The notes: generated by a model from the sequence alone, not told the origin. A stretch of DNA of 64,000 nt from Nitrospirota bacterium (GCA_963754875.1 CAVWHO010000008.1:160001-224000); one strand, 5' to 3'; counted from the first letter of the stretch, positions 33,099 through 44,153 are shown. Numbers and translations are program-made.

Positions 33099-34616
33099 TT
33101 ACTGTATGATCAGGGAGTCTAATTTGATCTCTCGTGCCCGGTATGCCGTTTGGCACGAATTTGAATCAACAGGGCGCTTGGGAATGCGCATATCGAAATA
33201 AATGTTCTTAGTATCATCAATGATCATGATCCTCGCTGCGGTCATCGAATCCGTGGTGGCAAAGTCCACGACATAGAGGCCTGAATCGGTCTTGAAAGCG
33301 CTGCCGCATATGGGAGAATAAAGGGTCTGATTATCATCAAAAGTCCAGATTTCGTTCGCCGTCATCTGGGACTCGTCAATTTCATACAAAGAAACCGCGC
33401 TGTAGGTGCGGCTGTCTCCCACGTAAGGAAGAGCAACGTTGCCGTACCCGTTGTTGAAAAGAAGAAGATGGTTCGGGTCTCCGACGACGAATAGTGCGTG
33501 CTGACCGATCGGCGCATTCCCGGTAATTCTGAGCGCCAGGGGCCGTAGGCTGAGCGGATAGTTCTGGTACCACTGCTTGTCCGTGTTTCCCATGATCCAC
33601 TTTATTTTCTTTGTCGAGTAATCAACCTTCAGCACGAAGTTTTCGCGGCTCGATACGATGAGGCTGTCGTCCTGGGGAATGTAGATCGCCGAATTCATAT
33701 GGAACCAATCCACGTTGTTCTCGACAAAGGCCGAAGGATCTTCGCCCGTTGAACTGATTTCTCCGCCCACGATTTCATCGAAATCCCAGGTGGTGCTGAT
33801 CCCTCCCTGCGGCGTCGTCTCGATCAATACCGATTCAGGCCTGTTTATCACATTCGCAGGGTCCGTCGTATCCAGAAAGCCCACTGTCGCGAGAAACCCC
33901 TGTTTGCCCGGTTCTATATCATGATGAAAGCCATAGTAACGCAAGTCGGCGAGCGCGTTTGATTGGGTCACATCACCGCCCAGGCTAATCCTGAATACTT
34001 TACTTCCATTCAGCTCTCCTTCAAGAAATCCGCTCCCGTCAAAATACACAGATCTGACACTCTCTCCGGCCAGGGTAGACTGCCACCTGACTTCACCATC
34101 AACGTCCAGGATGATTGGTGCGGTCGGCGTGGACTCGATAAGAAAATAGCTCACTTCCGGATTTTCATATTGTTTATTGATGACAATGCCCGTCATTTTG
34201 TAATCCGATACAAAAGCATCGGTCTGCATCGTAAGCGACGTAGTGCTGGATGTATTGTCCAGCCGGTTCACAATCAAATCGACGCTGTTCAAATACCCGG
34301 GATAGAGCCCGAATACGGGGACGTCGATGGTCCCTGAGTCGGCGTGAACATGTCCTTCTCTTTTCAGGTAATCGAGAGAGTAGGTTACATTGATATCTTT
34401 GCTCATATTACCCGGCTTTGTGTGCACGATAAAGTTGATCGAGCTGATCTGGTCTATATTCCCCGGCGTGATCTCGGCTGTCTTTGCGAAGACAAAATTA
34501 CCGACGAAGGGAGTATCAGAAGAATTGCTGCTGCAGGCTGCGACTACGGCAAGAAGCAGCAACAGGACCATATATTTTCCATATCGAATGAGGTGTTTAC
34601 TGAGAGAAGCTTCCAT
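33099..34616 (-). CDS. Aryl-sulfate sulfotransferase (ASST) family lipoprotein
   Basis: Lipobox VAAC, VPVFGLY N-domain, FHHD, DWFHMNS, SSR, GQHA, YRA. Confidence 0.8.
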   Translation of the reverse strand: MEASLSKHLIRYGKYMVLLLLLAVVAACSSNSSDTPFVGNFVFAKTAEITPGNIDQISSINFIVHTKPGNMSKDINVTYSLDYLKREGHVHADSGTIDVPVFGLYPGYLNSVDLIVNRLDNTSSTTSLTMQTDAFVSDYKMTGIVINKQYENPEVSYFLIESTPTAPIILDVDGEVRWQSTLAGESVRSVYFDGSGFLEGELNGSKVFRISLGGDVTQSNALADLRYYGFHHDIEPGKQGFLATVGFLDTTDPANVINRPESVLIETTPQGGISTTWDFDEIVGGEISSTGEDPSAFVENNVDWFHMNSAIYIPQDDSLIVSSRENFVLKVDYSTKKIKWIMGNTDKQWYQNYPLSLRPLALRITGNAPIGQHALFVVGDPNHLLLFNNGYGNVALPYVGDSRTYSAVSLYEIDESQMTANEIWTFDDNQTLYSPICGSAFKTDSGLYVVDFATTDSMTAARIMIIDDTKNIYFDMRIPKRPVDSNSCQTAYRAREIKLDSLIIQ

Positions 34617-34733
34617 TCTCCCTCCTCCTAAATTAGAACGACGAGTACTCGATGATCAAAATTGACAGGCCATTGCTCTACATGCAGCGGGCCACCTTTA
34701 CTCATCCAGCTAAAGGTGCAGCCGAGACAGGCG

Positions 34734-35165
34734 TCAATAGAGACCTGTTACCTCGAATGTCCCGTCCAATTTGTTCGACTGCCGGCCTTTGTCGTCCTTG
34801 ATGTACACCTGAAATGTGTAGTCCCCTTTTGTGGCCGTGCTCATATCAAGTCCGAAGGCAAGGGTGCCAGCCGTCCGTTGCGCGGCGTCGTCCACAGGGA
34901 GAGAGACGAAGGAAACCTCTTTACCGTGCGCATCATACGCAACGGCATTGATCGAAGCGGTCTCGCCGCTTTTATGAGTGATGTTGAATGTGCCGATGAT
35001 GGACGTTGATTTCCCCTCATCCACAGGCGCGTGCTGTGGAATATAGACCAGATTTGCTATCTTCGGCGGGCTATTCTTGTCCATCATCGGACAGCCCGAC
35101 AAACCCGTGAGCATGATCCACAGCATTGACAACGTCATGACCCGAATAAATTTAAGTGTAATCAT
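34734..35165 (-). CDS. Hypothetical lipoprotein (Ig-like)
   Basis: LSGC lipobox, beta-rich body. Confidence 0.65.
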   Translation of the reverse strand: MITLKFIRVMTLSMLWIMLTGLSGCPMMDKNSPPKIANLVYIPQHAPVDEGKSTSIIGTFNITHKSGETASINAVAYDAHGKEVSFVSLPVDDAAQRTAGTLAFGLDMSTATKGDYTFQVYIKDDKGRQSNKLDGTFEVTGLY

Positions 35166-35384
35166 ATTTCTCCGTTCCTTTCTTTTGCAAAACAAACCTT
35201 ATTTTTTCCCATGCATATATAAAAGGTATCGCTCTTCTTAAAGTTGTCAAGCCGCGCTCGATCAGTATTTTTCTTCATCATACTTAAGTTCACTTGACAG
35301 AACCATGAAGTGCGACGTTAACTAATAGTATGACTTCGGACTTTGTTGTCCTGAACAAGCAACTATTAAGAAGGTTTATTCTCT

Positions 35385-38300
35385 ATGTGGATAGTAAAAT
35401 TGGCCTTGCGGCGGCCTTATACGGTGGCCGTGATGGCTTTACTCCTCATCGTGCTCGGTGCGCTTTCGGCGAGCAGGATGATCGTAGATATATTTCCGGC
35501 CATCGATATTCCCGTGGTCGTGGTCGTCTGGAATTATCCCGGCCTGTCGCCTGAGGACATGGAGCGCCGCGTGGTGCTCATCAGCGAGCGGGCCTATTCG
35601 ACGACGGTGAACGGCATCCAGCGGATCGAGTCGCAATCGATCCCGGGCGTGGGCATGCTGAAGGTCTACTTCCAGCCGGGAAGCGACATCGGCGCGGCGA
35701 TAGCCCAGATCTCGTCGGTCTCGTTCACGATCCTCCGGATCGCGCCGCCGGGCATGCAGCCGCCCACCATCGTCCAGTTCAGCGCCACCAACGTACCCGT
35801 TGCCCAGCTCACCGTCTCGAGCAAGACCATCCCCGAGCAGAAACTCTTCGATTACGGGCTCAACTTCATCCGCGTCCGGCTGTTCACCATTCCGGGGCTC
35901 TCGACCCCCGCGCCTTTCGGCGGGAAGAACCGCCAGATCATGATCGACGTGAACCCCGACGCGCTCGCAGGCGCGCGGGCTTTCTCCGGCGGACGTGGTG
36001 AATGCGCTCCAGTCGTCCAACTCGATCATCCCCGCGGGAACGGCCCGCATCGGCGGACACGGAATACAACGTCATGCTGAATTCAAGCCCGAAGATCCTC
36101 GATCAGTTCAAAAAGATCCCGATCAAGATCGTGGGCAATGCGCCGGTCTATCTGGGCGACGTGGCAACGGTGTCGGACAGCTTTGCCGAGCAGACCAATA
36201 TCGTGCGGGTGAACGGACGGCGGGCCACGTACCTCGCGATCCTGAAGCACGCCGATGCCTCGACCCTGGCCGTTGTTGACTGCCACGCGGGAGGTGCTCC
36301 CGCAGATCCGGGAAGTGGCGCCCCAGGGCATGGAGCTCAAGATCGATTTCGACCAGTCCGTGTTCGTGCGCGGCGCGATCGAGGGCGTGGTGCGCGAAGC
36401 GATCCTGGCCTCGATCCTCGTATCGCTCATGATCCTGATCTTTCTCGGCTCCTGGCGCAGCATGGTGATCGTGTCCACGTCCATCCCGCTCTCGATCTTT
36501 GCGGCGATCATCTGCCTGAACCTCGCGGGCGACAGCATCAACATCATGACCCTGGGCGGCCTGGCCCTGGCGATCGGCATGCTCGTGGACGATGCCACGG
36601 TCGCCGTGGAAAACATCCACCGGAACCGTGCTCTGGGGAAGCCACTCACGGTCGCGGTCTTGGACGGCTCGACGCAGATTGCCGTGCCGGCGATCGTGTC
36701 CACGCTCGCCATCTGCGTGGTCTTCTTCCCGGTGGTGCTGCTCTACGGGGCCGCAAAATATCTCTTCACACCCCTGGCCCTCGCCGTGGTGACGTCGATG
36801 CTCGCTTCCTACGTCCTCTCGCGGACGCTCGTGCCCGTGCTCTCGCGCATGCTCATGAAAGGTGAACACATCGGATCCGGAATCCGGAGCGAGGAGCTGC
36901 CGCGATTCAAGCATATTGCCCTGGTTTTCAACCGCCGGCGCGACCAGATCTATGACGTCGTTCCAGGAGGCCTACGGCCGTTCCCTCGAAACGGTCCTCC
37001 ATCATCGCGTCTTCACGCTGTCCATAGCCGGTCTGCTCATCGTGATCAGCGTGATGCTGCTCTTCGTGATCGGGATGGATTTTTTCCCGACCGTTGATAC
37101 CGGGTTGATGAAACTGCACTTCCGGGCTCCTGCCGGCACGCGCATCGAGGATACGGAGCAGATGGTCGACCAGGTGGAAGAGCATATCCGCAAGATCATC
37201 CCTGGCCGGGAGATCGACACCATCAACGACATGATCGGGGTACCGATCTTTTACAACCTTGCCTTTGTCCAGACCGAAAACATCGGGGGCATGGATGCGG
37301 AGATCCTGATCTCGCTCAAGCCGGGACACCGGTCCACTGCCTTGTACCGCAAAACGCTGCGGCAGGAGCTGCCGCGGGCCTTCCCGGGATCTCGTTTCTA
37401 TTTCCAGGCAGCGGACATTGTGACCCAGGTCCTGAACTTCGGCCTCACCTCGCCTCTCGACGTGCAGGTTGAAGGCATGGATTTCAATAAATCATATGAC
37501 TATGCCCTCAAAGTCCGCGACGCTATGCGCGGGATTCCCGGCACAGCCGACGTGCATATCAACCAGGTCCTGGATTATCCCGCGCTGCAGGTGGATGTGG
37601 ACAGAACGCGCGCCGCGGAGCTCGGGATGAGCGAGCGTGATGTGGCGAACAACGCTCTGATCTCTCTTTCGTCGAGCATCCTCGTGGCGCCGTCCTTTTT
37701 CCTGAACCCGGCAAACAACGTGAACTACACCGTTGCCGTCCAGATACCGCCCGACCGCATCAACTCGCTCGACCGCCTGCGTTCGATGCCCATGACGCCG
37801 TCAGGGGCCTCCGGCCTGCTCCAGCCCGCGGTGACAACGCCGCCAACCAACACGCCCGGGGCGCAGGCACAGACGCTCGCAAACCTTTCCACGGTCTATC
37901 ATGCAGTGAGCACCGAAAACATCTCCCATTACACGGTTCAGCGGGTGCTCGACGTGGAGGCGGATGTTGAGGGACGGGACCTCGGCTCCGTCGCAGCTGA
38001 TATTGAAAAGAAGATAGACGGCCTGAAACCCCTTCCTCCGGGGACCCGGATCCATCTTCGCGGTCAGAATGAGGTGATGAACCAGTCGTTCAAGAGCCTT
38101 GCCCTGGGACTTGTTCTCGCGATCGTGCTCGTATATTTCCTGATGGTCGTGCTGTTCCAGTCCTGGCTCGACCCGTTCATCATCATGATGGCGGTCCCGG
38201 GCGCTCTTGTCGGCATCCTCTGGATGCTCGCCCTGACCGGCACGACGATCAATGTGGAGTCGCTCATGGGATCGATCATGGCGGTCGGCATCGCTACGGC

Positions 38301-38637
38301 GAATTCTATCCTCCTCGTGAGCTTTGCCAATGACATCCGGGTTGAATCAGGAGTGACTCCGTTCGAGGCCGCTGTGGAAGCAGGAAAGACGCGGCTCCGC
38401 CCCGTACTCATGACCGCCCTTGCCATGATCATCGGCATGCTGCCGATGGCCTTTGCCATGGGTGAGGCAGGCGAGCAGAACGCGCCCCTGGGCCGCGCCG
38501 TAATCGGCGGGCTGCTGATGGCGACCTTCGTGACGCTCTATGTGGTGCCGGTCATCTACACGCTGATGCGCACAAAGCCGCCGTCAAAGCATGAGCTGGA
38601 TGAGCGGTTCGAGACGGAGCTTCGAGAGGGAAGGTAA
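35385..38637 (+). CDS. RND efflux permease (AcrB/CusA family; apparent frameshifts)
   Basis: DIFPAIDIP, LAIGMLVDDATVAVEN, RLRPVLMTALAMIIG across ORFs 35385-36080, 36002-36865, 36255-37097 and 36862-38637. Confidence 0.9.
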
Positions 38638-38659
38638 AGGCGGATTTCTGTCTTTAGAC

Positions 38660-38736
38660 GTCATTCCCGCTTGTCGGGAACCGTAGTGTTTTTTAAAGCA
38701 TACTGAAACGAAATGATTCCGGACAAGCCGGAATGA
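38660..38736. repeat. GTCA-type REP doublet between RND and MFP genes
   Basis: GTCATTCCCGCTTGTCGGGAA ... GATTCCGGACAAGCCGGAATGA inverted pair. Confidence 0.65.
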
Positions 38737-38762
38737 TAACTTTATTCGAGCAGGAGGTGACT

Positions 38763-39905
38763 ATGACAAAAGAAATTTCAACAGCAAAAGGAGCACGTAA
38801 ACTTTTTATTTCGGGCATCACCCTGATCGCCCTTGCCCTCATTTTTCTCCTGGTCCTGTTCGAAAACCGAAAGGTTTATCTCATGAACGAGACTAGGGAC
38901 AGGCTGGCGGCGGTGAATGCAGGACCAGAGGTGCGTGTCACCTCTGCAAAACGTTCCCCAGGAGAACGGTTGGTATCGCTCACGGGAGAAGCCCAGCCCT
39001 ATGCAGCGGTGACCCTGTACGCCAAAGTGAGCGGATACCTGAAAAAGATCATGGTCGATAAGGGAGACCGGGTGAAGGCAGGGCAGGTCCTCGCAGTCAT
39101 CGAATCGCCTGAGCTTGACCGTCAATATGACTCCGCAGTCATTGATGCCCAGGACAAGCGCAGGGATGCAGCCCGTGAAAAAACCCTGGTCGAGAAGAAC
39201 TTGGTTTCCCGGCAGGATGCAGACCATGCCGAAGCCGCCGCCCGCGAAGCAGAGGCGAATGCAGAAGCCCTCGAGACCCAGAAAGGGTATGAAATCCTCA
39301 GCGCGCCGTTCCGCGGCACCGTGACAGCCCGCTTTGCCGACCCCGGGGCACTGGTGCAGAGCGCCGCAACCTCGCAGACAACGGCACTGCCGCTCGTTAC
39401 GCTTTCCCAGACGGACAAACTGCGGGTATACATTTATCTAGACCAGAAGGATGCGGCCTTTGTCCGCATCGGAAACCGGGCCGAAATTTCCGATTCCTCC
39501 CGACCTGACGTGAAGCATACCGCTTCCATCACCAGAATAAGTGGAGAACTGGACCCCAAGACCCGGACGCTCCTGGCGGAACTCGACGTTGATAATAAAC
39601 AGGGGCTGCTATTGGCCGGAAGCTTTGTGCAGGTGTTGCTTAAGCTCAAAACTGCGCCTGCAGTTGAAATTCCCGCCGAGGCTCTCTTGATGAAGGGTGA
39701 CGATGCGTTCGTAGCCGTTGTTACATCTGAGGGAAAAGTGAAGTTCCGGCCCGTGGTCGTTGTTGACAGCGACGGCAAGGCGGTCCGACTCAGTTCGGGG
39801 CTTGAAGACAATGAGCGCGTTGTTCTGAATCCCGGTTTCGGCATCACCGACAATGCGCAGGTCCAGCCCGTGGCTGCCTGTAGAGATGGCGAACGTGCGT
39901 GCTGA
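38763..39905 (+). CDS. RND efflux periplasmic adaptor (MFP)
   Basis: AKVSGYL...VDKGDRVKAGQVL, APFRGTVTAR, DPKTRT. Confidence 0.9.
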   Translation: MTKEISTAKGARKLFISGITLIALALIFLLVLFENRKVYLMNETRDRLAAVNAGPEVRVTSAKRSPGERLVSLTGEAQPYAAVTLYAKVSGYLKKIMVDKGDRVKAGQVLAVIESPELDRQYDSAVIDAQDKRRDAAREKTLVEKNLVSRQDADHAEAAAREAEANAEALETQKGYEILSAPFRGTVTARFADPGALVQSAATSQTTALPLVTLSQTDKLRVYIYLDQKDAAFVRIGNRAEISDSSRPDVKHTASITRISGELDPKTRTLLAELDVDNKQGLLLAGSFVQVLLKLKTAPAVEIPAEALLMKGDDAFVAVVTSEGKVKFRPVVVVDSDGKAVRLSSGLEDNERVVLNPGFGITDNAQVQPVAACRDGERAC

Positions 39906-39932
39906 GAAAAAGGGCTGATGTTGGGAGGTCGG

Positions 39933-40256
39933 TCAAGGGATATAATCTTCCCTCACGGGAGAAAAGACTTCTATTGCAACAGAATCTTCGTGTGCATGAG
40001 CATGATGAGCGACATTGCCCGGGATGCACCAGCTGTCTCCAGGCGAGACCTGATAGGTTACATTGCCGATCGTCAGGGCTATCCTGCCGGAGACCAGGTA
40101 GCCTGTTTGTTCATGAGGATGGTTGTGCTTCGGCAACATCGCCCCTTTTTCAAGCTTGAACTCAGTGAGAAGAGTTTTTTCGCCGTACACCAATGTTTTC
40201 ATCTTTATTTTGTCCAGCGGTTCCTTGTACCCATCGGCGTCACTCCTGTTGAACAT
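39933..40256 (-). CDS. Cupin domain protein
   Basis: HNHPHEQTGY.VSG, PGDSWCIPGNVAH, EVFSPVREDY. Confidence 0.9.
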   Translation of the reverse strand: MFNRSDADGYKEPLDKIKMKTLVYGEKTLLTEFKLEKGAMLPKHNHPHEQTGYLVSGRIALTIGNVTYQVSPGDSWCIPGNVAHHAHAHEDSVAIEVFSPVREDYIP

Positions 40257-40424
40257 GCAGAACTCCTTAGAAATTTATTGAGTAGCGTAAATCTGAACGT
40301 TGTTAAAATCTTACCACAGAGTTTACCGGGAAAACCAGACACGCAGAAAAAAATATTTATTTTCGCTGTTTAATTTCCCTGTTCCCGGTGATCTCTGTGT
40401 TTAAGTTATTAGGACACGTCAGTA

Positions 40425-40859
40425 TTAAGAAGCATTGCCTGCCTTGCCGCTTCCCTGGTTGTCTACGTATTTCTTAAATGCTTCCCGGCCTTCCGCATCC
40501 CACCAGGCATCATAGTGTCGCCAGTCTTCTATCTCGTGGTTTGAAGCATCTTCTTTGGAGCATCCGTGCCATGCCATGTGGTGAAACCCGTGCTTTCCTC
40601 TGCCGAAGCCATGAGGACCGCGGCCATGGTGCCCCACGCCGAAGATCAACCGTGCCAGAAGCATCAGCCCGAAAGCCTGGCCATAAGTGATCCGGCCAAG
40701 ATTAAAAATGGACGGCATCAGCCAGTTCCAGAGCATCTGCACAAAGATGCCAAATACCAGCGCGAAAGCGACGGCAATGGCGATCCCGATTGCGACACGG
40801 CCGATGAAGCGCGGTCCCCGTCTCTCGCCCCCTTCTGAATGACAATATCCTTTGAACAT
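40425..40859 (-). CDS. Small membrane protein cotranscribed with the ECF sigma factor
   Basis: LWNWLMPSIF..ITYGQAFGLMLLARLIFG; His/Gly-rich tail. Confidence 0.7.
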   Translation of the reverse strand: MFKGYCHSEGGERRGPRFIGRVAIGIAIAVAFALVFGIFVQMLWNWLMPSIFNLGRITYGQAFGLMLLARLIFGVGHHGRGPHGFGRGKHGFHHMAWHGCSKEDASNHEIEDWRHYDAWWDAEGREAFKKYVDNQGSGKAGNAS

Positions 40860-40872
40860 AGAAAAACCTCCT

Positions 40873-41418
40873 TTATTTATTTTGCAGGTCCTGCAGCTCT
40901 TTCTGCAAAGCAGCTACTGCACGGTGCTTTCTGGCGAGGAGCGTGCCAATTGGCAGGTCCCACTCTTCCGACAACTCTCGGAACGTGTACCCGTCGAGTT
41001 CAGTCGCAATCCAGATCGCTCTCTGATTCGGTTCCAGCGTATCCAAGGCTTTTATCAGGCGTTCCCGGATCTCCGATGCATCGACCTCCGCCTGCATGTC
41101 ATAGGTCGGCTCGGGAACAGTTTTCCTTCGGTCCCTGTTGTCTTCGTCAGAAACAGTATCGTCAAGAGAGACCGTCTTTTTCCTTCTCCTCAGATAGTCG
41201 ATCACCTTGTTCTGAATCGAGCGGTAGATGTAAGCGCCGATGTTCTCGACCTGATCCGTGATATCGGCCCTGTTGAACAGGTCCGTCATCAGGTCGCTGA
41301 CGATGTCTTCAATCTCCACCTCCGACAGATCGGCATATCTGCCCCGGAAGGACCTGACCAGTTTCCTGTACTGTTTGCTGAAGAAACCGGCCAAGTCCTG
41401 TTCTCGTTCTTGCTCCAT
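40873..41418 (-). CDS. ECF RNA polymerase sigma factor
   Basis: EDIVSD, YIYRSIQNKVIDYLRRR, GYTFRELS...IGTLLARKHRA. Confidence 0.88.
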   Translation of the reverse strand: MEQEREQDLAGFFSKQYRKLVRSFRGRYADLSEVEIEDIVSDLMTDLFNRADITDQVENIGAYIYRSIQNKVIDYLRRRKKTVSLDDTVSDEDNRDRRKTVPEPTYDMQAEVDASEIRERLIKALDTLEPNQRAIWIATELDGYTFRELSEEWDLPIGTLLARKHRAVAALQKELQDLQNK

Positions 41419-41621
41419 GATGATAGGATTGCGACCTTTCTCACTCTCTATGGTAATGACGAATGAAGGCACTCGTTTATTGCATATTATTTTCCAGACC
41501 AGGATTTCGAATATTTTTTACACATTTAAAACAGAACTTGAAATTGAAAACAATCATAGCAGGACTGGGAATTTTGAGAAAGGGGTGTTGTATTACGGGC
41601 AGGGGAAACGATGCGACCGCC

Positions 41622-42188
41622 TCAGCGGTAACGCTGTGCTATTTCGCGCGTTTTTAGAACAAGTTCTTCGTTCGTCGCTTTGCCCGAGGACAAGGCGAAG
41701 AAACTTACAACGTTTCCGCCCTTCTTTGTGATGCGTTCGCTCATTTTCTTGAGCGCGCCTGAAGCGTTGTCGCCTCCCATGGTCATAAATAGGACCACGT
41801 CTTTTCCGGTGAAGTCGGCCTTAGAGATAAAAGCATTGATCGGCGTGGAAGGACTCCCTCCCCATACCGGGGAGCCGACGAAGACACGGTCATAACCCTG
41901 CAAGCTGGTGTCGATCGGTTTTATTTCTGTTTCCACACCACGGATAGCTCTAAACCCGGCGCTGATATAGAACCAAAAGGAAACAGAAGGCTTCTTGACA
42001 TCTTCCACGCGCCGTATGTCCGCGTTCAGCTCCGCGGCCAGCGTCTGCGCTACGACATGAGTTTTGCCGGTCAACGAGTAGTATACGATAAGTGTCTTCA
42101 TGCTCCGCGCTCCCGGCGTGTCCGCGGTTTCTGCAGCCGCAGACACTGCGATGCAACAACAGAAGAAGACAATGAGTATCGGCTTCAT
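41622..42188 (-). CDS. Flavodoxin family protein with N-terminal signal-like peptide
   Basis: IVYYSLTGKT, VGSPVWG. Confidence 0.85.
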   Translation of the reverse strand: MKPILIVFFCCCIAVSAAAETADTPGARSMKTLIVYYSLTGKTHVVAQTLAAELNADIRRVEDVKKPSVSFWFYISAGFRAIRGVETEIKPIDTSLQGYDRVFVGSPVWGGSPSTPINAFISKADFTGKDVVLFMTMGGDNASGALKKMSERITKKGGNVVSFFALSSGKATNEELVLKTREIAQRYR

Positions 42189-42240
42189 AGTTCCTCCAGA
42201 GAGGGGTCAGGACAGTTCACAAGCCCCTTGGGAATTATAT

Positions 42241-42285
42241 CGCGCGTGAGCCGCGTCGCGGCGGACTCGACGCGCAAGTTGAAAT
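42241..42285 (-). mobile_element. Degenerate integron attC-like site downstream of the MazF gene (R' box lost)
   Basis: Minus strand TTTCAAC-TTGCGCGTCGAG...CGCGGCTCACGCGCG, an imperfect hairpin with an extrahelical base. Confidence 0.5.
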
Positions 42286-42292
42286 CACTTTG

Positions 42293-42616
42293 TCAGTAAA
42301 TGTCGAGTTGAATTTTGATCGTCTCGCTTATTTTGAGCAAGTCTTCTTCCGAGAGAACGCCGGCGCGTTTAAACAAACGCAGCTTGCTTACCGTTGCCAA
42401 CTGGTCGGCCATGGTCTTACTTTCTTTACCATTGAGGAGAACCAGCGCTTCACTCGGATAAAGACGATCTGTTTTGCCGGTAAGAGGGACGACTTGAACT
42501 CTGTTGAGGAACTTATTTGAGGCGTCATTGCTGACGATGACGGCAGGGCGTTTCTTTTTAATTTCGCCCCCGACGGAAGGATCAAAGTTTACCCACCACA
42601 CTTCACCTCTTTTCAT
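42293..42616 (-). CDS. PemK/MazF family toxin
   Basis: RGEVWWVNFDPSVGGEIKKKRPAVIVS. Confidence 0.93.
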   Translation of the reverse strand: MKRGEVWWVNFDPSVGGEIKKKRPAVIVSNDASNKFLNRVQVVPLTGKTDRLYPSEALVLLNGKESKTMADQLATVSKLRLFKRAGVLSEEDLLKISETIKIQLDIY

Positions 42617-42833
42617 GTGCTATATCCTTGAAGGTAGTCTCGGCCCATTCCAATGCGGCTGATTCCCGCTTCTTGTCTTTGGACATTTGGGAGTATGCCA
42701 ATTCCAGGTTGGGGCGCACGACGTGCGGGCGTACCAGTTCTTCAACGAATTTGCTGATTTTTCGGGGGCCGATAGTTTTATGAAGGCCTTTATATACCTC
42801 TTCGTCCACTGTTATGGTCAGTTTTTTCTGCAT
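42603..42833 (-). CDS. Antitoxin (RHH-like)
   Basis: MQKKLTITVDEEVY; overlaps the toxin; promoter TTGACA/TATACT with AATACG..CGTATT palindrome at about 42849-42887. Confidence 0.8.
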   Translation of the reverse strand: MQKKLTITVDEEVYKGLHKTIGPRKISKFVEELVRPHVVRPNLELAYSQMSKDKKRESAALEWAETTFKDIAHEKR

Positions 42834-42915
42834 TTTGTCTCTCCTTTTAATACGTGTAGTATACGTATTCCGGGAAGATATGTCAATAACGAGACCGGTC
42901 CGATCCACCCATCAT

Positions 42916-43157
42916 TCACGCTTTTTCTTTTCTTGTCCGGTAAATCATCGCCGCGATTTCTTCCACCGTGAAGGGTGGCGTTTGACTATGTATGACTGCG
43001 TGACAAGTAGGGCAGACCGGACGCAGATCATGGATTTGATCGACTTGATATTCCGCGTTTACATCAGCGAGTTGGTGCACATGATGAACATGAATCAAAC
43101 CCTGCGCAGCTTCTCCATGTCGGTCCGCGAAACTTAAACCACACGCGGCGCAGTCGC
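42916..43157 (-). pseudogene. 3' fragment of a McrA-like HNH endonuclease
   Basis: CAACG...IHVHH...DLRPVCPTCHAVIH; the 5' part is replaced by a REP doublet. Confidence 0.75.
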
Positions 43158-43242
43158 GTAGGTTGGGCAAAAAGGCTCACCTTGCCCAACAGATTCTCAG
43201 TCAAAACGTTGGGCTTTACGAAGAGCGTTCAGCCCAACCTAC
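43158..43242. repeat. GTAG REP doublet (REPIN/BIME-like)
   Basis: GTAGGTTGGGC..GCCCAAC ... GTTGGGC..GCCCAACCTAC. Confidence 0.85.
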
Positions 43243-43245
43243 GGA

Positions 43246-43312
43246 ACTAACCGGCGCGCCAAAGGAGGCGAAGCCGACTGAAGCGCGTCCGGTTGAGCCG
43301 CGTTTTAGGCCC
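43246..43312 (-). mobile_element. Truncated attC site of the cupin cassette
   Basis: Minus strand GGGCCTAAA-ACGCGGCTCAACCGGACGCGC...GCGCGCCGGTTAG; the R'' box is complementary to the cassette start GTTAGGCCC; the right end is replaced by REP. Confidence 0.7.
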
Positions 43313-43338
43313 GACCGTGTTAGATGTCGGGTCTGAGC

Positions 43339-43683
43339 TTACTCTTGCCTGACTATATCGACCGAGATCTCCACCGCCGGAATCGTTCCTCTGTTCTCAA
43401 GCCAGTGTGTGGTGTTCCTATCCTCGGGCCAGCCCACTCCCGGCCCATAGCCCGTAGCGACTCCATTTCGATGGTCAGTGATCGTTCCTTGCAGTATGTA
43501 GACGGTGCCTGGTCTGTCTTTATGGTCGTGAATCGGGCCGAAGACGCCTCCAGGCTCGATGGTCACCATACGCATTCGAAGTTGGCGCCCTGCCATGCCC
43601 TCGATCTCAGGGCCAAGATCAACCGTTGCAAGTAACTTCACCGTAACACCTTTCGTCTCGGGTGCCACCTGTTCGTTGTTCAT
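43339..43683 (-). CDS. Cupin domain protein (integron-type cassette)
   Basis: LRMRMVTIEPGG...HDHKDRPG..YILQG...HWLEN; starts 26 bp after GTTAGGC. Confidence 0.85.
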   Translation of the reverse strand: MNNEQVAPETKGVTVKLLATVDLGPEIEGMAGRQLRMRMVTIEPGGVFGPIHDHKDRPGTVYILQGTITDHRNGVATGYGPGVGWPEDRNTTHWLENRGTIPAVEISVDIVRQE

Positions 43684-43709
43684 CGTGCTCTCCTCTCTGT
43701 ACTTCCAGG

Positions 43710-43768
43710 GCCTAACGACGCGGGTTACGCGCCGCCTTTTGGCGGACGCAAGGACCGGCAGGTTGGAA
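43710..43768 (-). mobile_element. attC-like site
   Basis: Minus strand TTCCAAC...GCGTCCGCC-AAAA-GGCGGCGC...GTTAGGC (59 bp, R''/R' boxes). Confidence 0.7.
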
Positions 43769-43811
43769 TTGACTGAATGAAACCGCAGCACAGGGACCCT
43801 CATGAAAGAAA

Positions 43812-44153
43812 TTAGGGTGTAAACATCTCCTGCAAAATTGTCAGAACATTTGAGAGTGTAGAAGAAGGGATTTTGCCGAGTTTCTTAACCATACGCTCAC
43901 GATCGACTGTCCGTATCTGGTCCAGAACGATATGGCCTGCTCGACCTTGAAACCGGCATGAGATTCGAAAGGGATATTGATGACTTCCCGTGGTAAGAGG
44001 TGCGACGATGAATGTGTGCAAGTATGCGTTGAGTTCATCCGGAGAAATCACGACGCATGGTCGTGTTTTTCGTATTTCTTCTCCACGGGTTGGGGCCAAG
44101 GAGATCAGAAATACATCGCCACGGCGCACCGTATCAGGCATTACCACTTCCAA
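43812..44153 (-). CDS. PemK/MazF family toxin
   Basis: RRGDVFLISLAPTRGEEIRKTRPCVVIS, LDQIRTVD. Confidence 0.92.
   Translation of the reverse strand: MEVVMPDTVRRGDVFLISLAPTRGEEIRKTRPCVVISPDELNAYLHTFIVAPLTTGSHQYPFRISCRFQGRAGHIVLDQIRTVDRERMVKKLGKIPSSTLSNVLTILQEMFTP

Noticed and set aside
35385..38637. RND permease as several split genes
   Set aside because: The fragments are collinear parts of one protein and show the same indel pattern.
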